From the NCBI GenBank assembly GCA_964356325.1, contig CAYHHL010000001.1, forward strand, positions 57,246-121,245: a stretch of 64,000 bases of DNA, read 5' to 3'. This DNA comes from an uncultured Enterobacteriaceae bacterium. Lineage in GTDB: Bacteria; Myxococcota_A; UBA9042. The notes beneath the pieces are model-generated. The model saw only the letters and a program-made list of their open reading frames with translations. It was not told the DNA's origin and searched no databases. This document shows, piece after piece, positions 42,559-52,252 of this stretch (positions are counted from its first letter, which is position 1; the number at the start of each line of letters is the position of its first letter). A program made the translations under genes and the position numbers.

Positions 42559-43998
42559 TCAATTCAGGCGCAGGCTGGGACTGCGCCGGACCACCAGCGC
42601 CTGGTCGGGGCTGACGATCGAGCCCTTGGGGCTCCAGAACATCAGGAACTTCGACTGGCTCTGGCACGCCTCGGGGGTCAGCTTGCCGGACTTCGCGCAC
42701 GGGGTCGTGTCGTCCACGAGGTCATGCAGCTTGCCGTCGGCCTCGTCGGTGTGCCATAGGCCCAGGAAGTGCCCGAGTTCATGGGCCAATACCACACCCC
42801 AGACGTCGCCTGCGGTCGTCGAGGTCGGCCCTAGCTTGACCACCTGCTGCCATTGCTCCGGATCGATGACGATGGCCATGCCGGTCATGCGCGACCCCGC
42901 CAACCCGGGCACGCCGCCGAGCTGTGACAACCCCGCGGCAATAGGCGCTTTGTTGTCCGTCAGCGCCGCAGTGATGACCAGCGTGGCCGCCGTCGACTTC
43001 GGGTTCAGCTTGCCGGTCGCCTGATACACCTGGGCCAGCTCGTTGCTGGCGTCGCCCGCCAACACATTGTCGATGAAGTGGAATTTCTTGCCGTCGTCGC
43101 CCGTGATGTCATAGACGTGCACTGTGCCCAGCTTGAGGTTCGCCGGCTTCCAGATCTGCTCGACACGGGCGCGCATCTGCAACCATTGCGGCGACACGGC
43201 AAACGTCGCGGCGGTCGCGGGCACGCCGTCGGCCAGGTAGACGTCCAGGTCGAGCGTGACCGGTTGCTGGCCCGGCACCTCACCGCGCGCGAGCACGCCG
43301 AAGTGCAGCCAGGAGGGCGACGTCTTGCCGGCGTAGAGCGAAGGTTGCTGATCCGTGCGCAGAAAGCCGAAAGTCCACGGCCCCGCGACCACGCTGACCA
43401 ATGGCGACATGCCGATGAGCGCCGTCGCCCCGCCGATGCCCGGATACGCACGGTTGTACGAGTGCTCCCAATCCAATGAACTGAGGATCTGCAGCTTGTT
43501 CGGCGAGATCAGCGTGTCGGCCCAGACGTAGTGATCGAACGGCGTGGGACCGATGTCGCGCGCGACCAGCAGCACGCCGGTGTTCTTGTTCGGGATGTTG
43601 AAGACCTTGGTCGGCGCACCGTTGGAACCCACCTGCACCAGGCCGAGATCGAGCCACTGCTGGTCCGCGCGCAGGTTGGGCCCGGGATGGCAGCCTTCGT
43701 CGATGCGGCTGTCGCCATTATCGTCAGTCTGGTTGCCGCACGATTCCGGCAGGATGGGGCCCGTGTCCGCGTTCTTGACGTCCGTCTTGGCGCCGGTGTC
43801 GGTCTTGGTGTCCGTCGCGGCATCGGTCTTGGCACCGGTCTGGGCGTCCAGCTTGGCGTCGGTCGCGGCGTCGGCAGCCCGAGCCAGCCCGGCGTCCAGG
43901 CCACCCACAGCCTCGCTGGCCGGACCGCAGGCCAGCGCCGACAGCGCCACCAGGGCGGCAGCGAGCAAGGCGTGTGGTTGGACAAGACCTGGAAACAT
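42559..43998 (-). CDS. Zinc metalloprotease lipoprotein, metzincin (M43 pappalysin/cytophagalysin-like).
   Basis: HELGHFLGLWH gives HExxHxxGxxH, and a Met-turn region lies downstream. The lipoprotein signal is LVALSALACGP. Confidence 0.8.
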   Translation of the reverse strand: MFPGLVQPHALLAAALVALSALACGPASEAVGGLDAGLARAADAATDAKLDAQTGAKTDAATDTKTDTGAKTDVKNADTGPILPESCGNQTDDNGDSRIDEGCHPGPNLRADQQWLDLGLVQVGSNGAPTKVFNIPNKNTGVLLVARDIGPTPFDHYVWADTLISPNKLQILSSLDWEHSYNRAYPGIGGATALIGMSPLVSVVAGPWTFGFLRTDQQPSLYAGKTSPSWLHFGVLARGEVPGQQPVTLDLDVYLADGVPATAATFAVSPQWLQMRARVEQIWKPANLKLGTVHVYDITGDDGKKFHFIDNVLAGDASNELAQVYQATGKLNPKSTAATLVITAALTDNKAPIAAGLSQLGGVPGLAGSRMTGMAIVIDPEQWQQVVKLGPTSTTAGDVWGVVLAHELGHFLGLWHTDEADGKLHDLVDDTTPCAKSGKLTPEACQSQSKFLMFWSPKGSIVSPDQALVVRRSPSLRLN

Positions 43999-44066
43999 CG
44001 GCTCTCCGGTGGGCGGGGCAGCGCCAGCATCATAGTCGAACGGCGCGGTTTCGCCACGGCTCGCCA

Positions 44067-45116
44067 TCAACCCGTGGCTTCCCCTGCCAGATCCTCTGCC
44101 ATCCAGCCCGCCAGCGAGCGCTCCGGCCGAGCCAGCGCCCACATGGTCTTGACCACGGTCGCCTCGAAGGTCATGTCGCGCGCCTCGACCGCCCCTGCCT
44201 CCAGCAGCGCCCGTCCGCCCGCGTACATCGCCAGATCCGTGCGCCCGCGGTGGCATTGGCTCGTGACGACCACCCCGATGTTCGCCGCCGCCAGATCCTG
44301 GACCAGCGGCAACAGGCTGCCCTCACCGCGCACCGGCACGTTGCCCACGCCGAAACCGCGGATGATCACAGCGCGAAGCCGATCTCGTACCTCGGCGGTC
44401 AGCAGGTCGCGCATCGCCCTCGGATCGAATCCCGGGAACATCGTCAGGGCCAGCACGCGCCGATCCAGCGCAGTCTCCAGTCGGAACGGTCCCTTCGGTT
44501 GACGGATGCGCGGCCGGTCGAGTTGCAGGTCCACCCCGATGCGGCCGAGCGGAGGCTCTGCGGGCGACTCGAAGGCCTGGTAGTCGTTGGCATCCGCCTT
44601 GGTCGACCGGCAACCGCGCAGGATCGCGTCGCCGAACACGATCAGCACTTCGGGCACGTCGCCGGTCGCCGTTTCCACCGCCGAGGTCAGGTTGGCGCGC
44701 GCATCGGTCCGCCACGCCTCCAGGGGCCGTTGGGAACCCGTGAACACCACTGGGCGATCGAGGTTGCGCAGCATGAAGGCGAGCGCAGAGGCCGCGTACG
44801 CCAGCGTGTCGGTGCCGTGGATGATGACCACGCCGTGGAAGCCCTCGCCGGCACGACCGATTCCGGCGCGATCGACGACCATCTGGGCCAGGGCCTGCCA
44901 GTGCTCGGGCGTGACGTCCGAGGAATCCAGGTTCCAGGGCGCCACCAACTCGATATCCGCAATTTCATTGAGTTCAGGCACGCGGGCGAGCAGGCGCTGC
45001 AGGTGCGCTTCCGGGGCGAGATCCAGCCGGCGGTGATCGGGAACCGCCATGCCCAGGGTGCCACCGGTGTGGATCACCAGCACCCGCCGCGCCTTGCCTT
45101 GCATGGCCACACTCAT
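44067..45116 (-). CDS. L-asparaginase, type I-like.
   Basis: VLVIHTGGTLGM contains the threonine nucleophile motif. GVVIIHGTDTLAYAASAL is also present. Confidence 0.85.
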   Translation of the reverse strand: MSVAMQGKARRVLVIHTGGTLGMAVPDHRRLDLAPEAHLQRLLARVPELNEIADIELVAPWNLDSSDVTPEHWQALAQMVVDRAGIGRAGEGFHGVVIIHGTDTLAYAASALAFMLRNLDRPVVFTGSQRPLEAWRTDARANLTSAVETATGDVPEVLIVFGDAILRGCRSTKADANDYQAFESPAEPPLGRIGVDLQLDRPRIRQPKGPFRLETALDRRVLALTMFPGFDPRAMRDLLTAEVRDRLRAVIIRGFGVGNVPVRGEGSLLPLVQDLAAANIGVVVTSQCHRGRTDLAMYAGGRALLEAGAVEARDMTFEATVVKTMWALARPERSLAGWMAEDLAGEATG

Positions 45117-45123
45117 CCGGCGG

Positions 45124-46095
45124 TCAGAAATGCCAGCCGAACATCAGGCGGGGCTCGAACCGGAACGTCGTTTCGGGCGTAGTCAGCTTGGAGGCGATGT
45201 CCTTGTCGTTGTTGTAGATCCACTTGTCGTAGCTGGCCTGAACGAAGCGGAGGTCGACGCCCATCGCGAACACGCCCTCGTCGTCGAAGCGGTACTCGGT
45301 CGAAAGGCCGAACGGAATCGCGGTGCCGGTCCAGGCCTTGCCCGTCGCTTCGGACTGGAACACGGTCTCGTAGTAGTACAACAGGTCGAAGAAGCCGTAG
45401 CCGCCGTAAAGCTTCACATCCACAGGCAAATCGTCGCGGGCGAACCGGAGCGGGTGCAGGCCGAGCAGGACCGCGGCGGTGCCGGCGCCCGCGTTGTCGG
45501 CCTTGGCGCCGAAACTGCCGTGCCAGCTGAAGTCGGCGGCGAGCGACACGAAGCCCTTGATGTTGTAGCCGATCTGGATGGCGGCTGCCGGGCCCTTGCC
45601 GCGGTTGGTCGTGATCGCCTTGTCGTATTCAGCCGGCGCACTCTGGTGCAATGCCGCCAGGCCGCCGGCGTTTTCCGGCTCGGGGATGACCGGGCCGTCC
45701 TTGCCGCCCGCCGTCGCATAGCCGAGGTTCAGGTTCATGAAGAACCCTTCCCACAGCGCGTGCTTGCGCTTGGGCTTGACCGGCTTGGGCTCCTCGATCG
45801 CCGGACCGCCGGGCGCTTCAGGCTTCGGGCCGGGCGCGTCCAACTTCGGGCTTGGAACAGGCAATTCCTCCCTCGGCGGCGCGGGCGGCGCGGGCGCAGG
45901 TTGAATCGCTGGCGCGGGTTCGGGCTTTGGCGGCTTCGCGGCAGGAGGACGGGCCGCGGGCGTGTCTTCCGGTGCCGTGACGGGCGCGGGAACCGGCTGC
46001 GGCGCAGGCTTCTTCTTCTTGGCCGCCTGGGCCACACCTGGACTGACCGAGGCCACCGCGAGGGCGAGCAGCGCCATGGCGAGCTTAGTTCGCAT
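45124..46095 (-). CDS. Outer-membrane beta-barrel protein with a Pro/Ala-rich linker.
   Basis: It has a signal peptide and a long PAPxP linker. Alternating amphipathic strands end in C-terminal ...MFGWHF. Confidence 0.55.
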   Translation of the reverse strand: MRTKLAMALLALAVASVSPGVAQAAKKKKPAPQPVPAPVTAPEDTPAARPPAAKPPKPEPAPAIQPAPAPPAPPREELPVPSPKLDAPGPKPEAPGGPAIEEPKPVKPKRKHALWEGFFMNLNLGYATAGGKDGPVIPEPENAGGLAALHQSAPAEYDKAITTNRGKGPAAAIQIGYNIKGFVSLAADFSWHGSFGAKADNAGAGTAAVLLGLHPLRFARDDLPVDVKLYGGYGFFDLLYYYETVFQSEATGKAWTGTAIPFGLSTEYRFDDEGVFAMGVDLRFVQASYDKWIYNNDKDIASKLTTPETTFRFEPRLMFGWHF

Positions 46096-46189
46096 CGTAA
46101 CCCCGATCGCCGCCATGGTTTACGGGAGCGGCAGCAACGAATTATCGCCTAGCGATCTGCTAACTAACGCAGCGATCTGCTAGTAAACG

Positions 46190-46480
46190 TTACGCGCGCT
46201 CACGGGCAACGCGCACAGCCTTCTTGCGGCGACGCTCAGCCTCGCGCTCACGGCGCTTCTTCTCTTCCGAAGGCTTCTCGAAGAAGCGACGCTTGCGCAA
46301 CTCCTTGTAGATCCCTTCGGCGGCCATCTTGCGCTTGAGCATGGAAAGCGCGCGGTTGACGTTGCCGTCCTGTACCACGACCTCGATCGGGCGGAATTCC
46401 ACCGAGCGGGCGGAGGCGCGATGCGGCCTGTCGATACGCTTGGCGGCATCTGTGTTCTGGTCGTTCATCATGTCGGTCAT
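46190..46480 (-). CDS. rpsU: 30S ribosomal protein S21 with a ~30-aa N-terminal extension.
   Basis: LKRKMAAEGIYKELRKRRFFEKPSEEKKRREREAERRRKK is the S21 signature. Confidence 0.8.
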   Translation of the reverse strand: MTDMMNDQNTDAAKRIDRPHRASARSVEFRPIEVVVQDGNVNRALSMLKRKMAAEGIYKELRKRRFFEKPSEEKKRREREAERRRKKAVRVARERA

Positions 46481-46811
46481 CGCGCTTGCTGCTCCTGGTC
46501 GATTTCGGGCCTGCTGGCTCCGTATTGCCTGTGTCGTTCCAAAGTCGGTCGATGTGAATCGCCCGGCATGCTGGGTCGTGGCATTGCGTTCGCCCGAAGC
46601 GTCGCCGCAAGGCCCGGAATGAATTCGCCTCCTCCGCGGTTGCTACACCGACCGCCTGGCCGGATTTCGTTTCCGGTGCAGGAGGTGCGCGCAGCCGGAC
46701 GGGTCCGAACTGGCGGCGAAGGGGCAAAATCGTGCCACAACAACGCGGCTCTGACAAGCAGCGGACGTGGTGATGAGTGGCCGGCAGCGAAATTAGCGCC
46801 TGGTGCTGTGC

Positions 46812-47384
46812 TTACGACTGCACGTCGGCCGCAGCTTTCTGACTGCCCGTGAGGCTGAGATGCGCCTGGCTCTGCACCGGTTGACCGATTGCCCCCGGCC
46901 CTGGGCGCGAACCCAGCGAAATCAGGGCATGCGCCTGGCCTCGCGCCGGGGCCACGTGCGCCGAGCTCAGCGGAGCGAGACCCGGCGCCAGGAACTTGTC
47001 CATCGTCAGGCCTTCGATCTGGCGCATGACGAAACCGTTCAGAACGGCCATCGGGTCGCGCAAATGGCACTGCGGTTCCCGGTCGCAATTGGTGTCGTGC
47101 TCCTGGCAGGCGACCACCGCCAATTGTTCCTCGAAAGGCCGAATCACGTCCAGGAAGCGAAGTTTCTCCAGTGGCCGCGCGAGCTTGTAACCTCCGCCCG
47201 AACCCTTCGCGGCCTCGAGCACGCCTGCGCGCTTGAGGCCTTGCAGCACCTTGGCCAACACCTCAGGCGGAATCGACGCCGCGACAGCCAGGTCGGCCAC
47301 CGAAGCGAGTGCGGCTGGCGGTCTGCGGGCCAGTTCTTGCACCGCCAGCAACGCGTATTCGGATTTCCGGTTCAACTTGAACAT
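46812..47384 (-). CDS. Rrf2-family transcriptional regulator (IscR/NsrR-like), with three clustered Cys.
   Basis: MFKLNRKSEYALLAVQEL is a wHTH. The cluster CQEHDTNCDREPQC places the Cys ligands at IscR-like positions. Confidence 0.75.
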   Translation of the reverse strand: MFKLNRKSEYALLAVQELARRPPAALASVADLAVAASIPPEVLAKVLQGLKRAGVLEAAKGSGGGYKLARPLEKLRFLDVIRPFEEQLAVVACQEHDTNCDREPQCHLRDPMAVLNGFVMRQIEGLTMDKFLAPGLAPLSSAHVAPARGQAHALISLGSRPGPGAIGQPVQSQAHLSLTGSQKAAADVQS

Positions 47385-47574
47385 GCGGCAGCTCCGGGTG
47401 TCGACTGGCGTGCACCTCCGTCCTGGGCCGACGCTTCGGGTGAGGCGCGGCGTTTGGAGCAGATTGCCGCCACCGTAGTGCCGGCCGAACCCGCTGGCAA
47501 GGCGTGGGCAACCTTCCACCAAGAACCTCTGAAGTTCCGAGGCAGTTCAAAATCCCCTGGCCGATTGCAACGGC

Positions 47575-47603
47575 TTGACCCAGGTTCCTGTGATCCGTAT
47601 AGA
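47575..47603 (+). promoter_or_regulatory. Candidate sigma-70-type promoter: TTGACC, a 17-nt spacer, then TATAGA.
   Basis: The hexamers and spacing are read directly. The element lies about 70 nt upstream of the small ORF at 47675 and is divergent from the Rrf2 gene. Confidence 0.35.
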
Positions 47604-47674
47604 TTGAACAGGACCAAGGCTGTCCGGCTCGCGGTGCTCGATGTGGAGTACCTGCGGCCGGGTGAGGTGCCCCT

Positions 47675-47890
47675 ATGACATTGACGGAGCTCCAGCGTAT
47701 CCGCCGCGAGCGGGCTGAACGCATTGTTCTTGAAGATGAATTCTACTGCCGCCCACGCAGGCGCCGACTGAGCATAGAACGATGTCTGGAGGATTACATG
47801 AATGCCAACGCTTTCAGCGACAAACGGAGCGCCTGTTGGCGATGCCCACAAGGCTGCGGCAACAGACAAGAGTTTGCCGAGGCGAAATAG
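47675..47890 (+). CDS. Small Cys-containing protein of 71 aa, function unknown.
   Basis: GGTGAGGTG lies 7 nt upstream of the ATG. The sequence carries C-x10-C...C-x2-C-x3-C, the promoter sits upstream and a terminator sits downstream. Confidence 0.35.
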   Translation: MTLTELQRIRRERAERIVLEDEFYCRPRRRRLSIERCLEDYMNANAFSDKRSACWRCPQGCGNRQEFAEAK

Positions 47891-47950
47891 ATAGATGAGC
47901 GCGAGAGAGAGGGAAAGAGAGCGAGACAAGGGCCTGAAGAGACGAGTGAA

Positions 47951-48010
47951 TGCAAAAACGACCGCCCCCGGCGCACGCCTACGAATCGCGCGCCGGGGCG
48001 GTCGTTTCGC
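47951..48010 (-). terminator. Rho-independent terminator for the FG-GAP gene on the minus strand, possibly bidirectional.
   Basis: A 16-bp GC stem CGACCGCCCCCGGCGC/GCGCCGGGGCGGTCG surrounds a 13-nt loop. The stem is followed on the minus strand by TTTTTGCA. A GA-rich tract sits adjacent at 47895-47935. Confidence 0.55.
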
Positions 48011-48025
48011 TCCAAGTTCAGGCAT

Positions 48026-50077
48026 CTACCAGCGCAGGACCGGCCGCACCAGCCACGCCTTGCCCGCCACGGCCACCACGACCGGCGCCTGGCCGGACAG
48101 CGGCCCTTTCGCGAGCCAGGTGCGCGTACAAGCGCCGTCCTCTGCACAGGTTTGCGGGCCTGCCCACAGCCCTTGCGCAGCCGCCGACAGTTCGATGGTC
48201 ACCGCCTTGCCGTCGGGCTGACCGTCGGTGCCGAAGCTGCGCGCCGTCACCGTTACCTGCCCGCCCGCCTTCACGTGGCGCGCCGACAGCTCGACCAGGG
48301 GCGGTTCTTCGACCAGCACGGAAGTGTCGGCCTCGACCTTGACTATGCGATCGTAGCCGCTCGGCCAGCGCACCGTCAGGGCCTGCGGTACCTCGCCGTC
48401 GGGCAGGGCGAACACGATTTCCGGCAGTTCTCCCGTATGTGCAGGCGCAATCCCCGTCATCGGCTGCAGCCGCGTGCCCAGGTTGGTTTGCAGCGCCAGC
48501 ACCGCGCCCAACCCCTGTCGATTGCTCAGCCTGCCGCGCAACCGCACCTTCAGCCAGTGGCCGCCGTGCTTGATTTCGTTGCGCATCAGCAGCGGTTGCA
48601 CGCTCTCGCCGCCCAGCAACAGGTCCTGATCGCCGTCGCCGTCCAGATCCGCCGTCGCCACCGCCCGCCCCAGTTGCTTGGCTGGGATGCCAAACTGCGC
48701 GCTCAGGTCGGCGAACGTGCCATTACCCTGATTCCTGAACAAGACCGGGCGCATGCCGCCATCGTCGGCCAGCAGGAACGCGCCCCAGTCGTAGCCGTGC
48801 GTCACCAGCATGTCCAGGCGCCCGTCGAAGTCGAAGTCCAGCGGGCGCACCGTCCAACTGACCATGGTCTGCCCCGTTTCGCTCAGGGGCCGCGCGATGC
48901 CGGCCTGCACGCCCTCGCTGCGGTAGGTGCCGTCCGGATTCTGCAGCAGCAGTTGCGTCGCCGAACTCGCGTTGTTCAACAGTTGCGCCTCGTTCGCCTT
49001 GCCGATGTCCACGCCGCCCATGCGCAGATCGCGAAAACCGATGCCGGACAGCACCAGGTCCAGCCGCCCGTCGCCATCGAAGTCCGCCTGCGCGCCGCCC
49101 ATCGGTGAACTTTCCGCCATACCTTCGGGCAGGAACGCAGGGGCCAGCGTCAGGCGCTCGTACTTGCCGGCCGCGGTCGCGTGCAGGTAGGCGTTGCCAC
49201 TTTGCGGATCGCAGCCCTCGACCATCGTCAGCAGGTCGGGCCGGCGGTCGCCATCGACGTCGACGGGCAACACGTTCCAAAGCGTCGCGTTCTGGTCCAC
49301 GCCCAGGCTGGGCCCCTGCGAAGCGAAGTGACCGTCGCCCTGGTTCACGAACGCCAGGAGCCGGCTCTGCGGACCACAGGAAAACCGCGTCACCAGCAGG
49401 TCTTGCAGCCCATCGGCGTCGATGTCGGCAACCACCAGGCCCTGCAGCATCTGCTTGACCGGATCGACCAACCCACGCGCCACGGCTTCGTCCTGCCACG
49501 AGCCATCGGTCTGGCGCACCAGCAGGTGCAGGAGCGCGCCCGAGACCGCGATGGCCAGCTTGCCGTTTCCATCGATGTCGATCGCGGCGAGTGTCGTGAT
49601 CCCGCGCTGTTCGCCCTGTTGCAGCACCGTCGTGAACGCCCACTGCCAAGGCCCGGTGGCGAGACCGACGTAGACGCGACTGACTCCGTCCGCCAGCACG
49701 ATGTCCAACAACCCGTCGCCATCGAGATCCGCAAACAATCCGGCACTGTCGCGCGGCGTCGACTTGTTCTTCACCCCGGCGTCGGTTTCGAGCAGGGGCA
49801 GCACGTTGGCCAGTGTCTTGAACTGTCCCGTCGCGGTCAGCGGCGCGGGCGCAACCGAGTCCGCGGCGACGGCGTCCGCCTTGCTGGGGGCAATATCCTG
49901 TGTCGCATCCGTGGGTTGTGGCACGACGTCGGCGCTGTCGGCCGCGTTCGCGCCATCGTGGGCTGGGGCGGCGTCGAGCGGCTGCGTGCAGGCGTGCGAC
50001 TGCTTGACGTGTACGGGCGGCAACGGCGAGCAGGCGCCCAGCCACGCGATCCCCAGACTGGCAACAACCCTGCGCAT
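48026..50077 (-). CDS. CRTAC1-family lipoprotein with FG-GAP/VCBS repeats and an ASPIC/UnbV-like C-terminus.
   Basis: Seven D-x-D-G-D-G-x-x-D repeats are present, such as DLDGDGLLDIVLADG and DFDGDGRLDLVLSG. The signal MRRVVASLGIAWLGAC is a lipobox. Its TGATG start overlaps the stop of the upstream small ORF. Confidence 0.8.
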   Translation of the reverse strand: MRRVVASLGIAWLGACSPLPPVHVKQSHACTQPLDAAPAHDGANAADSADVVPQPTDATQDIAPSKADAVAADSVAPAPLTATGQFKTLANVLPLLETDAGVKNKSTPRDSAGLFADLDGDGLLDIVLADGVSRVYVGLATGPWQWAFTTVLQQGEQRGITTLAAIDIDGNGKLAIAVSGALLHLLVRQTDGSWQDEAVARGLVDPVKQMLQGLVVADIDADGLQDLLVTRFSCGPQSRLLAFVNQGDGHFASQGPSLGVDQNATLWNVLPVDVDGDRRPDLLTMVEGCDPQSGNAYLHATAAGKYERLTLAPAFLPEGMAESSPMGGAQADFDGDGRLDLVLSGIGFRDLRMGGVDIGKANEAQLLNNASSATQLLLQNPDGTYRSEGVQAGIARPLSETGQTMVSWTVRPLDFDFDGRLDMLVTHGYDWGAFLLADDGGMRPVLFRNQGNGTFADLSAQFGIPAKQLGRAVATADLDGDGDQDLLLGGESVQPLLMRNEIKHGGHWLKVRLRGRLSNRQGLGAVLALQTNLGTRLQPMTGIAPAHTGELPEIVFALPDGEVPQALTVRWPSGYDRIVKVEADTSVLVEEPPLVELSARHVKAGGQVTVTARSFGTDGQPDGKAVTIELSAAAQGLWAGPQTCAEDGACTRTWLAKGPLSGQAPVVVAVAGKAWLVRPVLRW

Positions 50078-50346
50078 CAGGCCAGGGTACGCGACCGGCG
50101 CCGCTGCAGCCACAGCAAGCCGACGCCCACCGCCGCAAGACCGCCGACCGCCGGCAGCACCACGTCCAGCAGGCCGGGCACGAACCCCGGTTCCCAACTG
50201 GTCTTTTCGACCATGTCGCCGAAATCGTCCTTCACGGTCTCGACCTTCATGACTTTGGTCAGCATCCAGTACGGCCGGCTGGTCGTCGCCCACCACCCCA
50301 CCACGCCGAGCGCGAGAACGAAGCACACGATCGCAAGTTTTTTCAT
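50077..50346 (-). CDS. Small membrane protein of 89 aa with two TM segments.
   Basis: GGAGAA lies upstream of an ATG at 50346. The TM helices are MKKLAIVCFVLALGVVGWW and LPAVGGLAAVGVGLLWL. Confidence 0.5.
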   Translation of the reverse strand: MKKLAIVCFVLALGVVGWWATTSRPYWMLTKVMKVETVKDDFGDMVEKTSWEPGFVPGLLDVVLPAVGGLAAVGVGLLWLQRRRSRTLA

Positions 50347-50386
50347 GGTGTTCTCCGAACCGGACAGGTGGTGATCTCTGCGCGTC

Positions 50387-51022
50387 CTAGCGAGCGGTGG
50401 CATACAGCGTGGCGTCGACATCGATGACCTCGCCCACCTTGCTGCCGACGAGGCCCGCCTTGCCCTTGATGTTGTAGTCCTTGAGCGAGACCTTGAACTT
50501 GGTCGTCACCTTGAGCGCGCCCGACGCCGTGAGGTAGCTGATCTGTACGGGAAAGCTCAGCTTCTTGGCCACGCCGTTCAACGTGAAGCTGCCGTGCGCC
50601 GTGCCCTCCGCCGTGCCCTTGTCGCCCTCGGCCTTGGCGCTGCGGATGTCGACCTTGTCGATGTCGAACGAGACGTTGGGGTTGACCTTGGTGTTCAGCC
50701 AATCCGGGCCCTGCAGGTGGCCGTCGCGGATCGGGTTGCCGGTCTGCATCTTGGCCACGGGCACGGTGATCTGCCCGGACGTGGTTTCTGGCTTGGTGGC
50801 GTCTGCGACCGTGAAACCGCCGGAGATGCCCTTGGCTGTGCCGCGGATGCGCTCGGCGGGGGCATCCGACGCGAACTTGAACTCGCTCTTCTCGGCATTG
50901 ACCGCGAACGTCAGCTTGCCGGTCTTGCCGACGAACGGCGTGTCGGCCCAGGCGGGCGCGGCAATCGAGGTCAGGCCGGCGACGAAGGCGAGGCTGCGCA
51001 GGTAGGTACGGGTCGTGAACAT
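50387..51022 (-). CDS. YceI-family periplasmic protein (polyisoprenoid-binding fold).
   Basis: AGGAG lies 7 nt upstream of the ATG and a signal peptide follows. The YceI-like core reads NPIRDGHLQGPDWLNTKVNPNVSF. Confidence 0.75.
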   Translation of the reverse strand: MFTTRTYLRSLAFVAGLTSIAAPAWADTPFVGKTGKLTFAVNAEKSEFKFASDAPAERIRGTAKGISGGFTVADATKPETTSGQITVPVAKMQTGNPIRDGHLQGPDWLNTKVNPNVSFDIDKVDIRSAKAEGDKGTAEGTAHGSFTLNGVAKKLSFPVQISYLTASGALKVTTKFKVSLKDYNIKGKAGLVGSKVGEVIDVDATLYATAR

Positions 51023-51058
51023 GGCGAAACTCCTGAGGCTAATGTGGGCCAATCCTGT

Positions 51059-52252
51059 CTAGAAGAACAGGTGCAACTGTACCGTGTACTGGGCCGCGGT
51101 GTAGTCGATTGTGCGTACGTAGCGGTATTCCGGGCGTAATTCCACGAACGGAATCGGCATGAACTGAACGCCGGCCACCAACGCGTCAGTCTGAGCGCGT
51201 TTGTCGAGCTGGCGGGCGATGCTCCGTTCGATCCGGCCTTCCAGCGTCAACCACTCGCGGAATGGGTAGGCCGCGATCAGCGTGCCGGTGAAGGTGCGTC
51301 GCCTTGCCAGGTCGGTGCCGGCGCTCGAATGGCTGAATTCGCCAATCACCGAGCCCCAGTAGCTCTTGCCGATGCCCAGGAATACGTCCTCCATGCGGAA
51401 GTCGCCGGCACCGAGCACCGAGCCGCCGAGCAAGCCGTTGACCTGGAAGTCCTCGAGTTGATGCGACAGAGTCAGGCGACCGGACCAGCCGAGCGCGTCG
51501 TCCTTGATGAAGGCGTTACCTACTGAATCCGCAAGATTACGTGGACGAAATGCCGAAATCTCGGCGCTGAGCCAGTGCGTGCCTTCGAAGCCGATCTCCG
51601 CGCCCAGCTCGTTCCAGTAGGGCGCGAGCAACGGCTGCTTGGGCGCCATCGCATTGCTGCGACTCAGGATCGTATGATCGTCGTGGCGCAGTCCCACCGA
51701 GGGCTGCAAAATTCCCGCGCGAACATAGGGCCAACGAATGTCCGGCGCCCAACGCAGCCACGCATCCCAGTGGGTCTGGCCCTGGTAGTGGAAGCGCTGC
51801 TCCGTCAGGTGTTCGCCATACAAGCCGGCGACGTTGAGCTGGGCCTGGGCCGTCACGCTCGGTACCGGCGTGATCGCGATGCCGGGCGAAAGCTGCATCG
51901 GAATCAGCACATGGTCGGGCAGGGCGACCTTGCCGTCCGGTTGGGTGAGGTCGGGCGACTTGCGGGCGAGTTGCAGGCGGGTGTCCGAACCGACCGTGAT
52001 CTTGCCGTCCCAGAAGGTGTTGCTCTCCAACTCGTGCACGGCCTTGAGCCCCAGTTGGTCCCACGTCACGGCGCCCACCGTGTTCATCGAGTACCAGCCG
52101 AGATCGGTGCGCAGCCCGGAACCTTGTGGATTGACGTGGCAATTGGAGCAGCGCGAGCCCGCGGACAAGCTGAACCGGGGCAGCGCGCTCGCCGGCAACG
52201 CCAGGATGCACGACGCCAGAAGTGTAAGCGCCGCGATGGTTTGGCGCCTCAT
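51059..52252 (-). CDS. Cyc2-like fused monoheme cytochrome c / outer-membrane porin.
   Basis: The signal peptide is followed by a single CxxCH (SRCSNCHVNP) about 15 aa after the cleavage site. About 370 aa of alternating beta-strand-like sequence ends in ...QLHLFF. Its start is ATGA-coupled to the Rieske gene. Confidence 0.6.
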   Translation of the reverse strand: MRRQTIAALTLLASCILALPASALPRFSLSAGSRCSNCHVNPQGSGLRTDLGWYSMNTVGAVTWDQLGLKAVHELESNTFWDGKITVGSDTRLQLARKSPDLTQPDGKVALPDHVLIPMQLSPGIAITPVPSVTAQAQLNVAGLYGEHLTEQRFHYQGQTHWDAWLRWAPDIRWPYVRAGILQPSVGLRHDDHTILSRSNAMAPKQPLLAPYWNELGAEIGFEGTHWLSAEISAFRPRNLADSVGNAFIKDDALGWSGRLTLSHQLEDFQVNGLLGGSVLGAGDFRMEDVFLGIGKSYWGSVIGEFSHSSAGTDLARRRTFTGTLIAAYPFREWLTLEGRIERSIARQLDKRAQTDALVAGVQFMPIPFVELRPEYRYVRTIDYTAAQYTVQLHLFF

